From: Octopus vulgaris
Taxonomy: Eukaryota
Assembly (NCBI GenBank): GCA_951406725.2
Contig: OX597816.1
Coordinates: 64,294,001 to 64,358,000 of the forward strand
DNA: 64,000 nt
Direction: 5' to 3'
In this document: positions 26,597 to 40,578 of the stretch, in pieces
How positions within the stretch are numbered: position 1 is the stretch's first letter
How the letters are laid out: each line of letters begins with the position of its first letter
Program-made: the position numbers and the translations under genes
Notes under the pieces: model-generated
The model's input: only the letters and a program-made list of their open reading frames with translations
What the model was told of the DNA's origin: nothing
Database searches by the model: none

Positions 26597-26647
<51 letters not shown>

Positions 26648-27845
26648 AACATACCCGCACACACATATATAATATATGTACACACTCATACACGTACATA
26701 CGCCTTAATAAAACAGTGGGCTAGTTGTATTATGTATTACTATGTGCAAGAAAGAGTGAACTCAATAGCCTTTTAGAGTTAAATTTATAGTGAATATTTA
26801 TAGTGAAAGTTCAAAGCCTTAGGTGATTAGTAGTTTCATCTCAATGTGTGAAATGCTAAAGAATGGAAGTAGCACTGATAAGATGTTGAGTAGCCTCCGG
26901 CCTCTGTGTGTAAGTCTATAAGTCTATATAATGTTTTTTTATAGGCAATAATTAGTATGAGTGAACTTGAGATAGGCGATGATGATGATGATGATGACGA
27001 TGATGAAAAGCTTTTTATATATTTATATGTGTGTGTATGTGTGTGTACAATATGTATGCACACACACGCACACACACAAACACGCACACATATATGTAAT
27101 GCTGTTTTTATATCCTCATTGTGGTGACGAGGTATAAAATAAGTTTCAATAAAATTATTATATTACTAACTTGGGTGTTGTCCAGATAGGTAACGTAACG
27201 TGCTAATTAAGATATATTAAATATCTGACGGTGAGCTTCGTGGTAATAATGAAGTGCATATAGTTTCTTGGTACGGGTTTGTGTGGTCATGTAAAGGTGT
27301 GTATTGGTGTTTATATGGTTTGCGGTTTAATTTCTGGGGTCAAAGACAAGTAGAAAGATAAGTGTAAAGGGATATGGGAGGTAGTAAGAAGTGTAATGGC
27401 TTGGTTGGGTATGAGATATTTGTGTATGTATATGTGTGTGTATGTGTGTCTATGTTTGTGTTTCTTTGTGTGTCGTAGTGTCCAACCGCAGCAGTCGCTT
27501 GGAGCTGAATTTGTAATACCTCGAGGACGAAGATTGTTTCAGTTCATATTAGTTTGAAACGGTCTCGAATACTCTTGACACAAGTAACAGCTCTTGTTGT
27601 TTTGTAGGAGATTGTAATTTGTTCTGACCAGTTAATTTATGTGTAGTTACATACACTGTTAACTGAAAAAAAGAAACTGATTCCCTGATATCATGGGTGT
27701 TTGTGAAGGGAGAAACCTTTTAAAGCAAAACAGTCGTCAGTAAGGGATATCTAGAATAGTAAACTCTAAGAAGTAATGGCTGTTGCTGACTATTTAAAGA
27801 AATATATCTTTGAATCCACTCGACATCGTTGTTGGTACTTGAATC

Positions 27846-28172
27846 ATAGGAGCACTCCGTCGGTTGCAACGACGAGGGTCCCAGCTGGTACGATCAACCG
27901 AACAGCTTGCTCGTGAAAATAACGTGCAAGTGGCTGAGCACTCCACAAACACGTGTACCCTTAACGTAGTTCTCGGGGAGATTCAGCGTGACACAGAGTG
28001 TGACAAGGCTGACCCTTTCAAATACAGGTACTACTCATTTTTGCTAGCTGAGTGGACTGGAGCAACGTAAAATAAAGTGTCTTGCTCAAGGACACAATGC
28101 GCCGCCAGGAATCGAAATCACGACCCTACGATTATGAGGCGAATGCCCCTAACAGCTAAGCGACGCATCTTC
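27846..28172 (-). mobile_element. SINE family C, long-body subtype
   Basis: Reverse complement of a tRNA head plus gtgtccttgagcaagacacttt, then a distinct body (gccttgtcacactctgtgtcacgctgaatctcc...ttcacgagcaagctg). Confidence 0.88.
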
Positions 28173-28189
28173 ACACTAGAATCATGCAT

Positions 28190-29080
28190 ACTCTTACGTG
28201 AATAAACTACAATTCCAAGCTTCATGAGCGAATAACGTTGCACTGTGCAAGATACTGTAACTTATGATTATATGTTTTATTCTATTTTTAATCTCCAAGC
28301 AAGATTTCATGTTAAAATAATCCAGTTCATTGACTAGCACAAGCATGTGTTGCATGGATGTTCTCCTAAATGAATTTCGGTGAGCTACGTATAACATAAC
28401 AACGGTGGCTGTTACTTTCATTACAGAGCACATTCATTCGATGAAGTTTTAAAAGCGTTGTCTTTTCTGGATACGCTGCTATGTATTACATTTACACTAG
28501 ATTTGGAATTAAGCGTTACTGTTATTCTTTCGCTAGTGTGGTGCATAGAACGATTCGCATTTTATATTTTACAAAAAACTTTATGAATCATATATTGTAT
28601 CTTTAAAATACTATTACGCTCACAAATAGAGCACTACGCAAGATTGTGACCATACCCTAAACATTCTGACATTTCACAATAGCATGCAGAATGTTCAAGT
28701 TGCATAGTTCTTTGCTACTTTCGTCTCTACAAAATTTTGTCATGGACACAAATTTGGACGCTGGTCCTATTGTAAGGTATTTAGAAGTTCTGCATTGTAA
28801 TTTTTGGTTTGCCAAACTTAGGAATTTGCATTGCCTAAATATCAATAGCTCTATCTCAACGAAAAGCAAAGTTACAGAAATTTCGATGATATATGAAATT
28901 GAACAAGACCTGGTAGAGGAAGGCCTTCCATCAGAGAGATATATGACGCGGTGCAGAAAAAGCAGAAAGGATGCTGCAAGAGAAAACCAAGAGTCTAACT
29001 ATAGAGAAACAGTATAAAGTGAAGACCGGTAAGAAAAGTTGGCGATGACCTATGCTCTACAGGAGTCGATGACTTTAAGT
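28190..29080. mobile_element. Highly degraded LINE (RTE-like) pieces in both orientations
   Basis: Minus strand ILHSATLFAHEAW resembles LLY--E-W; plus strand TRPGRGRP and a gacctatgctctacaggagt tail. Confidence 0.35.
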
Positions 29081-29435
29081 ATCTTGCTTAATGTTGTGGC
29101 TTTCCATCGTTTTAACATTTTATGGAGTCTTTTCTTAACTTCATTTTCTGTTCACCACATTTTATTCCTAAATTCCTTTCATTAGTTCTTTCATAAGCAA
29201 AATAATTCATTTGAAACTTTAATCTATTATTACTTATTCTTATTTGTGATTCAAAATATTCTTGAGCATGTTGAGATATTACCGACCTGAAACCCTTTCT
29301 GTCACTTTTTAATTAATGATCAATGAACATTTAGTGCAGCGATTTCTGAGTAAAGAAAATACATGTGAATATGACAGTCTAACTGAACAGTTTGAATTTT
29401 CAAATCAGGATTGAAATATTAGAAATAGAAAATAA

Positions 29436-29648
29436 GTCGGCATGCCTGCAGAATGGATAGCATGCCTGTCAAAATACTTAGCGGTATTTCGACTGTCTTG
29501 ATGTTCTGTCTTCAAATTCAGTCGAGGTCGACTTTGCCTTTCATCTTTTTCATGTCGATGAAGTAAGTAGCAATTGAGTTACTGGAGTCAGTGTAATTGA
29601 TTTACTCACACCTGAGAAATTGCTGGCCTTGTGCCCGAATTTGAAACC
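29436..29648 (+). mobile_element. SINE family A monomer with TSD
   Basis: Core gaggtcgactttgcctttcatc; TSD aatattagaaatagaaaa at 29415-29432 and 29649-29666. Confidence 0.9.
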
Positions 29649-29895
29649 AATATTAGAAATAGAAAACGGAGGTGGTGCTGAATGTCACCTAGCACTTTAT
29701 TTTCTCCTAAAAATGTTTACATCTGAAAATTCATTTCACGAGTTAACTATGTGAAACAAAGAGAAAAGCCTATAAATTCTAGCATCTGTTTTGCTTACTC
29801 CTTTATGGGCTGGACTAGCTATAACGTCTTAAACTTCTTTAAATGTCAAGCAAACTATATGTAAATGGAAACGTATATGCCGCTGCTTTAACATA

Positions 29896-30743
29896 CAGGG
29901 TGTTTAAAAAAATCTGATATCATTTGAGATGTAAATATCACAGAAACTACATAGTCAAAGTAATTGAAACTAAAAAAGGCTTAATGTTGAGTAACATAAG
30001 GTTTATTCCTCCAAATTTGAATGAGAAATTTAAAGGTAAGTGAATTCCATGAACGATCTCACAAATGTTCAATATGCGCACCGTCCAAACATACTGCTGC
30101 ATGTCTTGGGTAACTGTCTCCAATGCGGTAGTGATTCTCTGCTCGAGTTCTTCTAGGTTTGCAGGAAGAGCGGGGACACAGACCAGGCCCTTCACCTAAC
30201 CTCATGTTTGCGCTTTCGCTTGTCATCAGCCGTTATGGCCTGAACGAACTGCAGCTTGTAGGATTTCAGTAGCATATTTTTCCTCAGGATGCGCCAAACT
30301 GTCGTTGTTGGAATCTGGGTTTCCAGACTTATTCTTATGATAGACTTCTTGGGGCTCCGCAAGAGTTTTGGGGGAACCCGCTCGATCGCCTCTTCCCATG
30401 TCAGTGGTCGTCTAGATCCTTTTGCCCTGCTCAGACAGCCTTACCCTTTGAATTTGTTTTGCCATGTCCAAATCTGCATTGCCGTTGGTGACTTTTTACA
30501 GAACTCGCTCACAATTGCACGCTGCAGTCTTTTTCGACTGTGTTCGAGCATATTCCAACAAACAAAACGCCTTTTCTCTTCCAGTGAATGTCATTTCTAT
30601 ACCTGAAAAGATAAACATATCAAACATTACGCATAAAATTTCGACCTGTTTCTACACATGTTGTTAACATCTGAAGTCATTTGAACAAGAACTGGCAAAG
30701 TTATAAGATTGCGAAATGATATCAAAGTTTTTGAAATACCCTG
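29896..30743 (-). mobile_element. Internally deleted Tc1/mariner element (DUF4817-type HTH)
   Basis: TIRs CAGGGTGTTT...GATATCATTT / AAATGATATC...TACCCTG, TA flanks. Remnants MTFTGREKAFCLLEYARTQS..PTAMQIWTW..RSPKKS..TTVWRILRK..YKLQFVQ and PANLEELEQRITTA; catalytic core deleted. Confidence 0.88.
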
Positions 30744-30863
30744 TATTTATGCACTAACGTTTGGCTATGGCATTGTTTATACTGTTACTACCATACTTTT
30801 ATATATATTGTGTTGTGCCGCTCGCGCTCGTAAGGATTATGAATATTAAAATATGTATATATG

Positions 30864-30938
<75 letters not shown>

Positions 30939-30941
30939 GTA

Positions 30942-31067
<126 letters not shown>

Positions 31068-32094
31068 GTATATATATACATCTACACACTCACACACACA
31101 AATATATATATTTATGCATAGATATAAAAAGATATCCATATATGTGTATATGTGTGTATGTGTGTACACGTGTGTGTGTGTGTGATATTTTGCAAACAAC
31201 ATGCAAGTGCTACCAGTCGAAAGCTCAGCATACCGAAAGCCAGCACGTGTATGGGGCCTCCCTCGTGACGGTGTCGTTGAGAAATGAGATGAAGCCCCAC
31301 TTACTAGAGCAAATGTTAATGAGGAACCATTAACTCGACTATATTTACCACTTTCTTTCTTTCACAACATATTATTATATCCGGTTTCTTTCTAATTGGA
31401 ATAGGAAAAAAATCCTTGGCACCGTGGTAAATCTGCAGCCTCCTCTCAATAGCCGTTCCACTTTTCATCGCTCACAGGAAGTTTCTTCTTCTTCTTGAAA
31501 CGGATCTGCTGTTCGAGCGCAGGATTGTAATGAAATCTCTGGTTGATTCTTTCAATGGGTTTTTACCACTGTTGACAAGAGCAATTTGGTCTGTGTAGCA
31601 TTGAAGATAACTTTAAGGTTCAGGTCGTGTCTCCATGTATATTTATTCAATACCAGTGAACAACTGGAAGGAATATGTTTCATTCTTCCCACTTTTCTGC
31701 ATCTGCATGTATCATTTTCTGAGACGTTCCATATTACTAGATTTGTAGGCGATAGCAAAACAACGTAGGCTAAACGTATCAGAATACTTAGCCGTGATGT
31801 ATTCCACCTCCATATCTCATTCCAACTTATTTTCCTCCCATTATCCCTGCCATTTTGTTATCTGTCGTTGCAGAGCACACTGGATCAAATGAAATTCTCT
31901 TCTCTCTGTTTCCCTTGGTTTGGCGCTGTTGCTAACAACAGATCTGCGATCGCTATGCATCCAAGTCTCAAATCCAAGTCCCTTCCGATGAATTTGCGTT
32001 GCACCCACCATATCCCGGTATGATCTTAGTATCTGATTCTGCTTTCCACTCCCTGACTATTTTAGCTCTGTTTATACATACATACATACATACA

Positions 32095-32205
<111 letters not shown>

Positions 32206-33392
32206 CCTCATTCTCCATCTGCCAAAACAAGGTGTTGTTCCTTTCTATGCTTTCATGTTGACCCGCGAAGCACAGAGTAACGAAATATAGAAGTTTCAAA
32301 AGCATTGAATGATTAAACATACTTGCTCTATGTATTCGCTACATTTTCTCCCATCTGTAAATTCAAACTTATACATACATTCATTCGGTGTATTTGATTT
32401 TGCTTGCCATTTAATCGGATATTGTCCTACCACCTATAACCTCACACCTATATTACAACTTGCCATTTCAGTCTCTAACTAGCGTTACATACATTTATCA
32501 AGTTCATTACCAAACTCCAAAGAATTTCTAAGTGCCTTGGAGGAAGAAGCCTGTCCGAAACGTCAGAATATATTTCGTTTCATGTTACACGAACTTATCT
32601 TGATTTACAAATTACTTTTCAATTTACACAGATAAGCCCGAAACGAAATATAATAAAGTATTCTTCCTTGCATTCCATTCTGCATCAAATTGTAGATGAC
32701 AGAGATATAAATGTGAATAAGTCACAACTGAAAAGCTGATTAGAAAGATAACAGAGTGGCACAAGAAACACTGTTTCATATAAGAAAAAAACTTAATAAG
32801 AAAGAGAAAGAGGGAGCGAAAGAGAACGAAACAAACAGAAGATAATAAAAGGAGAATTCCGTTAATGGTTTTGTGGAGAACACTAGATGGTAAAAAAAAA
32901 AAAATAAAGCATTCTATAGAACTTCTTTTGAGGAAAATAATACTATTTTGGAAAATAAACTAGCGCAAATATCTCGTGATGAAGTAGAAAAAACCCAGGA
33001 GCCTGATGCGTTCCCTATAGAATCTATCATTAAGAGGTATTGTGAAGATTCGCATGAAGCTAAGGGAAGTAGGATATTTATGCATTGAGCTTACGTGTGG
33101 CTTCCCATGGAATGATGCTGATTTGCTTATTAGACAAATCGCATCTAGATACAATTATATGCAACATAGAATGAGGTCAAATGGAATTTATATACCTGGC
33201 ACATAAGATTGAGAGATAATCGGTTTAAGAATATAACGATAGCGCTCTATAATATGAGTCAAGCTAACATGAGATAAGATAATATAAAAATTATAGTAAT
33301 GAATATTGATTTAATAGATATTAATAAAATAAAAAAATATTCCCTAATATAATATTTGAATGATATTCTTGAGAGATTCCAAACAAAAAATC

Positions 33393-33393
<1 letters not shown>

Positions 33394-33456
<63 letters not shown>

Positions 33457-33482
33457 TAATAATAATAATAACAATAATAATG

Positions 33483-33527
<45 letters not shown>
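33394..33527. repeat. (TAA)n microsatellite
   Basis: Seen directly. Confidence 0.98.
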
Positions 33528-33531
<4 letters not shown>

Positions 33532-34844
33532 TTCATTGTATGATATTGAGATATAACGTATATGTAGGTTAATTTGAAACGTTAAAGTAGATAAAAATCA
33601 CCATTATTAATGGCATCAGTTATAGAAAAGGATATTTAGTCTGAGATTATTGGTACGAAAAAGAGAGCAAGAAAATTAATTGAAAAAACAAATGTTGCTG
33701 AATTGTAAAAGAAAATCTTCTGAATAGATACAAAAAGATAAATTTGATAAATGTGAATGTATAGCCTCTACATAGTTCGAGATAAGAAGAAAACCGACTG
33801 AATTGCAATATCATAATTGGAAAATGCTACGTATAATACCATGCAAAAAAGGATTGAGAATATTTTAAAGAGAAAATCAGATAAATACTTCTATCAAAGT
33901 AAGTAGAAAATAAACGATTGCTGCAGATTTGATTGTTTAGAGCTAATGAAGTCATTGTGCAAAACATCTGACTATATACAGTATCGGGAAATCAGATGAA
34001 AAACATATTGAAAATAAGGAAAAAAAAAAAATGAACAGTGAAACGATATCTAGGTTAAAGATAAAGAATGTTTTAAAACTTTTGTCGGTGTATAAAATGT
34101 AAGGTAAATTCTGAAACTTCAGATTTAGGAGAAAGTCTTAATTTTATGATAAATTACAGAATTGCACGCCTCAGGTCAGAGCTTGTTTAAATAAACTAAG
34201 ATATGAATTACAAATACATACTTCGTTTACAGATTTATCGATTTTTTGTTGACACTAATTGTAGATGAAATTTAAATAGGAACTGAACGTTAGCAGAAAC
34301 AATGTATTATAACCATACAAACTAACTTGTGCATCCACATCTTCAAAAGTAACTGAATCGCAATAATGTGGAAAATGAGGATCTAAAATAAAACCAGAGT
34401 TATGGGCTAGATATAGGTGTTTCTAGATAAGTTAAATTGATACCATACACCAACTGCGTACAAATCATTGAATACACTAGCATCATAACAAGTGATCTAC
34501 AACTTGATTGCCAATGAGATGAAAATCATGTACCGTGAGAGATTTATGACTTAGATATGAATCAGATTTACTGTTTCCAAGATTTGCAAGGCGGATGTCA
34601 GGAAGATAGTGACGTCCACTGATATTCATGCTGGGGAATTCTAATTAGTCAATTACCTAGAGAATTAGGCGTATGTAAGTAATTATTGAGTCTATTATAG
34701 TTTAGAACTCACTGGATCAGCTGGTGAATAACAAAAAAAATATTAGTAGTAAATAGGTCGCTATTAAAGAAAATGTTGGTCGTTGACGTTGAGCGGCATA
34801 AGTGGGCATTTTTTTTCCAGGTAAAAATGGAAACAGTATTATGT

Positions 34845-35403
34845 TGAACTGGTAGAAATGTTAGGAAACCGGGCGAAATGCTTAGCGGTATTTCGTCTGC
34901 CGCTACGTTCTGAGTTCAAATTCCGCCGAGGTAGACTTTGCCTTTCATCCTTTCGGGGTCGATAAATAAGTATAATCGACTTAATCCGTTTGCCTGTCCT
35001 TGTTTGTTCCTTCTGTGTTTAGCCCCTTGTGGGTAGTAAAGAAATAGGTATTTCGTCTGCCGCTACGTTGTGAGTTCAAATTCCGCCGAGTTCGACTTTA
35101 CCTTTCATCCTTTCGGGGTCGATTACGCACTAGGGTCGATATAATCAACTTAATCCGTTTGTCTGTCCTTGTTTGTTCCCTCTGTGTTTAGCCCCTTGTG
35201 GGTTGTAAAGAAATAGGTATTTCGTCTGCCGCTACGTTGTGAGTTCAAATTCAACCGAGGACGACTTTGCCTTTCATCCTTTCGGGGTCGATTAAATAAG
35301 TACCAGTTACGCACTGGGGTCGATATAATCGCCTTAATCCGTTTATCTGTCCTTGTTTGTCTCCTCTGTGTTTAGTCCCTTGTGGGTAGTAAAGAAACAG
35401 GTA
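34845..35403 (+). mobile_element. SINE family A tandem trimer
   Basis: Three units joined by aaagaaatag|gtatttcgtctgcc (about 35047 and 35216); ends aaagaaacaggta. Confidence 0.92.
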
Positions 35404-35716
35404 TGTAACAACCAGTTGGTGAGTTTGGCAAAGAGTTAAATCTGCGTCCATGTGTAGTCTTAGGATAAGCCGGTGGAAATGTTTTCCACCAGTGCTTTGT
35501 GTTTTATTAATAAATAGTAAGATGGCTTAAACGATGATGTAAGCGGAATGGAAGACTCATATTATGAAGAATGAGAAAGTAAATTGTGTTAATAAAAGTG
35601 TAGAAAATGGGAAGATGGGTGTGGCGGATAGGCAACTTATATTTCCTCGCACATACGTATGCATTTACAGATATGTATACAAACACACGTGTATACATGC
35701 ACACACAAACACAGAC

Positions 35717-35753
<37 letters not shown>

Positions 35754-35801
35754 GACACACACACATGCACAGACATATGCCTATGGAGCCGTATGTATGC
35801 A

Positions 35802-36063
35802 CAGGTGTTGGACAAAATGATGGATAGACATAGCATCATAATTTTAAATTACCTATAAAACCGTCAAAAGCTTGTCTATTGTTGTTTTTTGATATGTTAT
35901 TAGTGTTGTTTTTTATGTTTGGCTAAAATTGCTGTTTCTTTTCAGATATCATCAGAAAAAGGAAATTAAATTTCTTTAAAATGGCATATCTATTATACTT
36001 TCAACCTGGTCAAATTGTTGGTGCTCGTATGCCAGGTGCTAACGTAACGAAAACAGCCGAAAT
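35802..36063 (+). mobile_element. Tc1-like transposon 5' fragment
   Basis: TIR-like CAGGTGTTGGACAAAAT; ATG at 35981 gives MAYLLYFQPGQIVGARMPGANVTKTAE (Tc1 N-terminal HTH, cf. LSDFQRGQIVGAR). Confidence 0.75.
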
Positions 36064-36116
36064 AACCAGCAGCACATATGTAGTTATATTCCTGAAGTTG
36101 TATACACACACTCACT

Positions 36117-36194
<78 letters not shown>

Positions 36195-36196
<2 letters not shown>

Positions 36197-36420
36197 TCTT
36201 TACTCTTTTACTCTTTTACTTGTTTCAGTCATTTGACTGCGGCCATGCTGGAGCACCGCCTTTAATCGAGCAACTCGACCCCGGAACTTATTCTTTTGTA
36301 AGCCCAGTACTTATTCTATCGGTCTCTTTTGCCGAACCGCTAAGTAACAGGGACATAAACACACCAGCATCGGTTATCAAGCAATGCTAGGGGACAAACA
36401 CAGACACACAAACACACTCT

Positions 36421-36466
<46 letters not shown>

Positions 36467-36622
36467 TACGACGGGCTTCTTTCAGTTTCTGTCTACCAAA
36501 TCCACTCACAAGGCTTTGGTCGGCCCGAGGCTATAGTAGAAGACACTTGCCCAGGGTGCCACGCAGTGGGACTGAACCCGGAACCATGTGGTTGGTAGAC
36601 AAGCTACTTACCACACAGCCAC
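36195..36622 (-). mobile_element. SINE family B near full length
   Basis: (taaaagag)n tail, internal (TA)n, CORE-like segment and tRNA head, all in reverse complement. Confidence 0.93.
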
Positions 36623-36627
36623 ACGTA

Positions 36628-36830
36628 TATAAATTAAATTAGAGATAAAACCAATATTAGGCAAATCAAACAGTGAAAAACATAAAGCAAAACATAAAAA
36701 TAAAAATAATCGATTTGCCTAATAGTGATTTAACTGTAATTTAATTTATATTTATACTGTGAAATTAGATTTAATCCTAAATCTAATTTTTCCCAGTAAG
36801 TTTGGATTTACTCCCTAATATTATTATTAT
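36628..36830. mobile_element. Fold-back cassette (PLE pLTR-like)
   Basis: Imperfect inverted arms at 36628-36668 and 36712-36750, plus an asymmetric tail. Confidence 0.5.
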
Positions 36831-37039
36831 ATATACGTATATATATTTTTTCTTCACTCGTTTATTACTGCTCTTATTTTATAATTTTTACTCATGTCCA
36901 TTGTCCGGAATTCTTTCGTCACATATCTGTGACACCTTTTGCGACAGTTTTCTTATTCCTGTGTCTTCTTGCTCTACTTACTCCATTTTGTTCTTCTAAG
37001 GTGTGTATCCTTACGTGCGCATGCGTTTGTGCCCTAGTT

Positions 37040-37086
<47 letters not shown>

Positions 37087-37578
37087 GCTTTTGTGTGTGT
37101 GTGTGTGGCATAGTGTTTTTAGCAACAGTGTGGCCTTCCTCTCAGCAGCCCTGTCTTCATACCCCATGGTGCAGCTGCTGTACTAACATCCGAAAAGCAT
37201 GGTACACTTCCGGTATTCTGTGTATGCGTGTTCGCCCACGGTTACTCCAACATGGTAATTGTTGTTGTTGTTATTACCATCCTTCTCACCGCCGCTGCTG
37301 CTGTCGTTGTTAATCATGATATTGACATTGATGTGGCTGTCCGTGAAATTTCATGAGTGTGTGTATGGGTTCGATTTTGTGTATTGTATTTATCCGCGGT
37401 CTTTATATATAGTCATTCATTTATTCTATCTACCTCCATATCTTATATCTATACCGGGTATAATACAAATATATCTATATATTTGTTTCTTTATTTATTC
37501 ATCTACTTATTTATTTTTATGCATCTACCTCTATTTCTCATAAATATCACAAGTAAGCGCTTGTAGGTGTAACACAAA

Positions 37579-37615
<37 letters not shown>

Positions 37616-39022
37616 GCATACATATATATACACACAATTATACATACCTGTATATGTATGCGTATGTATACCTATCTATTTATCATGATATTTAAATTTA
37701 TGTATGTATGTATGCATCTATCATGATATTATCATGATATTTAAATTTTAATTTAAATATACATACATACATTTACACACAATTATACATACCTGTACTT
37801 GTATGTATATTTGTATGTGCATGTATACCTATCTATTTATCTATATATATATATGTGTGTGACTGAGCGTGCATGAGTGTATCAGTGTGAGGACAGAAAG
37901 TGAGAGAGATAAAGAGAGACAGAAACAGAGAGAGAGAGAGAGGAGGAGGAGGAGGAGGAGGAGGGAATTGTCACACAGGTAGATAGAGAGATCGAAAGTA
38001 GACATTGTTCCGAACTTTTAGCAGAAAAAAACACAGAATTGATTGAAAAACCTTTAAAAACATTCCATAGAGATCCAGGCGAACGATGTTAATTACTCGC
38101 CTCCCCCAAATATTTGTAACCATGTGCCAATCTTTGGAAAATATCACATGTTAGAAGGCATCATCAACATCATCGACATCATCATCAAAATTATCATCCA
38201 CTCCTACCATAATAATAATTATTATCATCATTACTATTTCTCATGTTCTCGTGATTTTGAAAATATATTTAATCAACCTGATATATTTAATCAGATAATA
38301 TAATTTTCTACACAAAAGTTTTATATTTCTCATATTTTTTATTACATATTTCCGTCGAGATCTTCTGTAATGTGATAAGATAAATTTTGCAATATCTTCT
38401 TTTTTTTTCATTCTATTTGCTGGCAAGTTATGAGGCCAAGGAATGATATAGAAGAAGAACGGAGATGTTTTGACGTATATGTCACTTACATGAACAACGA
38501 AGGCGTTATATTGTTTTAATTATATTTCTAAAATAATGCAACTAATATCCTTACAGCATTAATTACACATTCCGGCTTGCTAATGATTAGAACAAAATTT
38601 AAATTTGAAGCGAAAAATAAAGACGATGGAAGAAATAACGCCTCTGAAGCTATACTTTGCTGCGTCAATGAATAAATAAATAACACAAATAATAGGCATA
38701 CAAAATAATTTCTCATAAAAGGTTTGTTATTTATTTTTTGTTGTCTTCGTTTCTGATTTTTCCTTTTTTTTTTTACTGCAATTTTAAAATATGGGTCAGA
38801 TGCTGATTTAAAAGTAAGTGTAAACTAGGTGAACATTCTGAAAAATATTGGATTCTGTGTTTCCTTGGAAACCGATTATATTGTAGAATATGCCATCCTC
38901 CATGTGTACATGAATTTATTAATATTTGATGTGTGTATGCGGAGTTTATCTGCATTCATCTATCTTTATACCTATGCATGGATGTATACATACATACATA
39001 CATACATACATACATACATACA

Positions 39023-39054
<32 letters not shown>

Positions 39055-39137
39055 CATACATACATATATATATATATATTTATACATATATATATGTATA
39101 TATATATATATGTGTGTGTGTGTATGTGTGTGTATAC

Positions 39138-39182
<45 letters not shown>

Positions 39183-39288
39183 TAGTTTGATAGATAATTG
39201 GATACATACATACATACATATATACATATATATACACACACATATGTATATATATTTTATTAATAAAGTTGCAAAGACATCACCAAAA

Positions 39289-39322
39289 CTGTTACTCAGA
39301 GTTTCACGTTCCCGTTCATCGG

Positions 39323-39325
<3 letters not shown>
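39289..39325 (-). ncRNA. Minimal type-I hammerhead ribozyme motif (second copy)
   Basis: Minus strand TGT CCGATGA ACG-GGAA-CGT GAAA CTC-T-GAG TA ACAG; (TA)n abuts its 5' end. Confidence 0.72.
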
Positions 39326-39362
<37 letters not shown>

Positions 39363-39368
<6 letters not shown>

Positions 39369-39526
39369 GGTCCCGGGTTGAGTCGGGGTTAACCACAGTA
39401 AATAAGGTACTCAATACATTGCAGAGTAAATTAATTTATTTTATAGAAGGAGCTTCTACATGACTAGAACTGTTTCATTTGAATGAAACAGTTCTAGTCC
39501 TGTAGAAGCTCCTTCTATAAAATAAA
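39363..39526 (-). mobile_element. Fold-back cassette family 2 within (TA)n
   Basis: Near-perfect palindrome 39435-39526 plus a tail that matches 48760-48830 in the opposite orientation. Confidence 0.75.
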
Positions 39527-39527
39527 A

Positions 39528-39578
<51 letters not shown>

Positions 39579-39960
39579 CATACATTCATACATACGTTCA
39601 TGTAAGTATGTGTGGCGGGGAGACATATATATTTATATATATATGTGAGTGTGAGCGAATATAAGTTTTCAGTAGTAACTTTTCTGCTATTTCCAAATAT
39701 TCCCGAGAAGAAATAGTTGAAAAAATATTTAGGAAAGGAAAGATCTGAGAGAGGAAGGGAAAGATCTGATTCCAAAAATAGTAAACGTCAGTTAGGGCTT
39801 ATACATTCATCAAATTCCGCTTGTTATATGTTATATAATTATACATTCAATCTTCGTCTTAACGGCTCGCTTTCTTTTCCTAGGGTAGGACACTGGATGT
39901 TTCAGAATTACCGATTAGGCATACGTGAAACTACACGCATATGTTTGCCATTACGCATCT

Positions 39961-40578
39961 TACTTCTTTATTGCCCATAAGGAGCTAAACATAGAGGGGA
40001 CAAACAAGCACAGACAAAGGGATTAAGTCGATTACATCGATCCCAGTGCGTAACTGGTACTTAATTCATCGACCCCGAAAGGATGAAAGGCAAAGGCGAC
40101 CTCGGTGGTATTTGAAACCAGAACGTAAAGACAGACGAAATACCGCTAAGCATTTCGCCCGACGCGCTAATGATTCTTATTTTTTTATTGCCCACAAGGG
40201 GCTAAAGACAGAGGGAACGAACAAGCAGAGACAAACAGATTATGTCGATTACATCGACTCCAGGGCGTAACTGGTACTTAATTTATCGACCCTGAAAGGA
40301 TGAAAGGCAAAGGCGACATCGGCGGAATTTGAACTCAAAACGTAACGGCAAGAGAAATATCTATTTCTTGACTACCCACAAGGGGCTAAACACAGAGAGG
40401 ACAAACAGATTAAGTCGATTATATCGACCCCAGTGCGTAACTGGTACTTATTTAATCGACTCCGAAAGGATGAAAGGCAAAGTCGACCTTGGCGGATTGG
40501 AACTCAGAACGTAACGGCAGACGAAATACCGCTGAGCATTTCGCCCGGTGTGCTAACGATTCAGCTAGCTCGCCGCCT
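39961..40578 (-). mobile_element. SINE family A tandem trimer
   Basis: Three reverse-complement units; degenerate TSD attacgcatct / attatgcatct. Confidence 0.9.

Noticed and set aside
27515-27570. Additional hammerhead-like traces (also about 5200-5228 minus and 32535-32567 plus)
   Set aside because: GAAAC/GTC-like halves are present but the cores or stems are too damaged to support a call.
32700-34650. Possible Dong/R4-like LINE remnant near (TAA)n
   Set aside because: A-rich, coding-like strand bias but no unambiguous RT motif recoverable by eye.
34845-35403. CRISPR-like or satellite-like regular repeat
   Set aside because: Units are whole SINE bodies without unique spacers, the context is eukaryotic and there are no cas genes.
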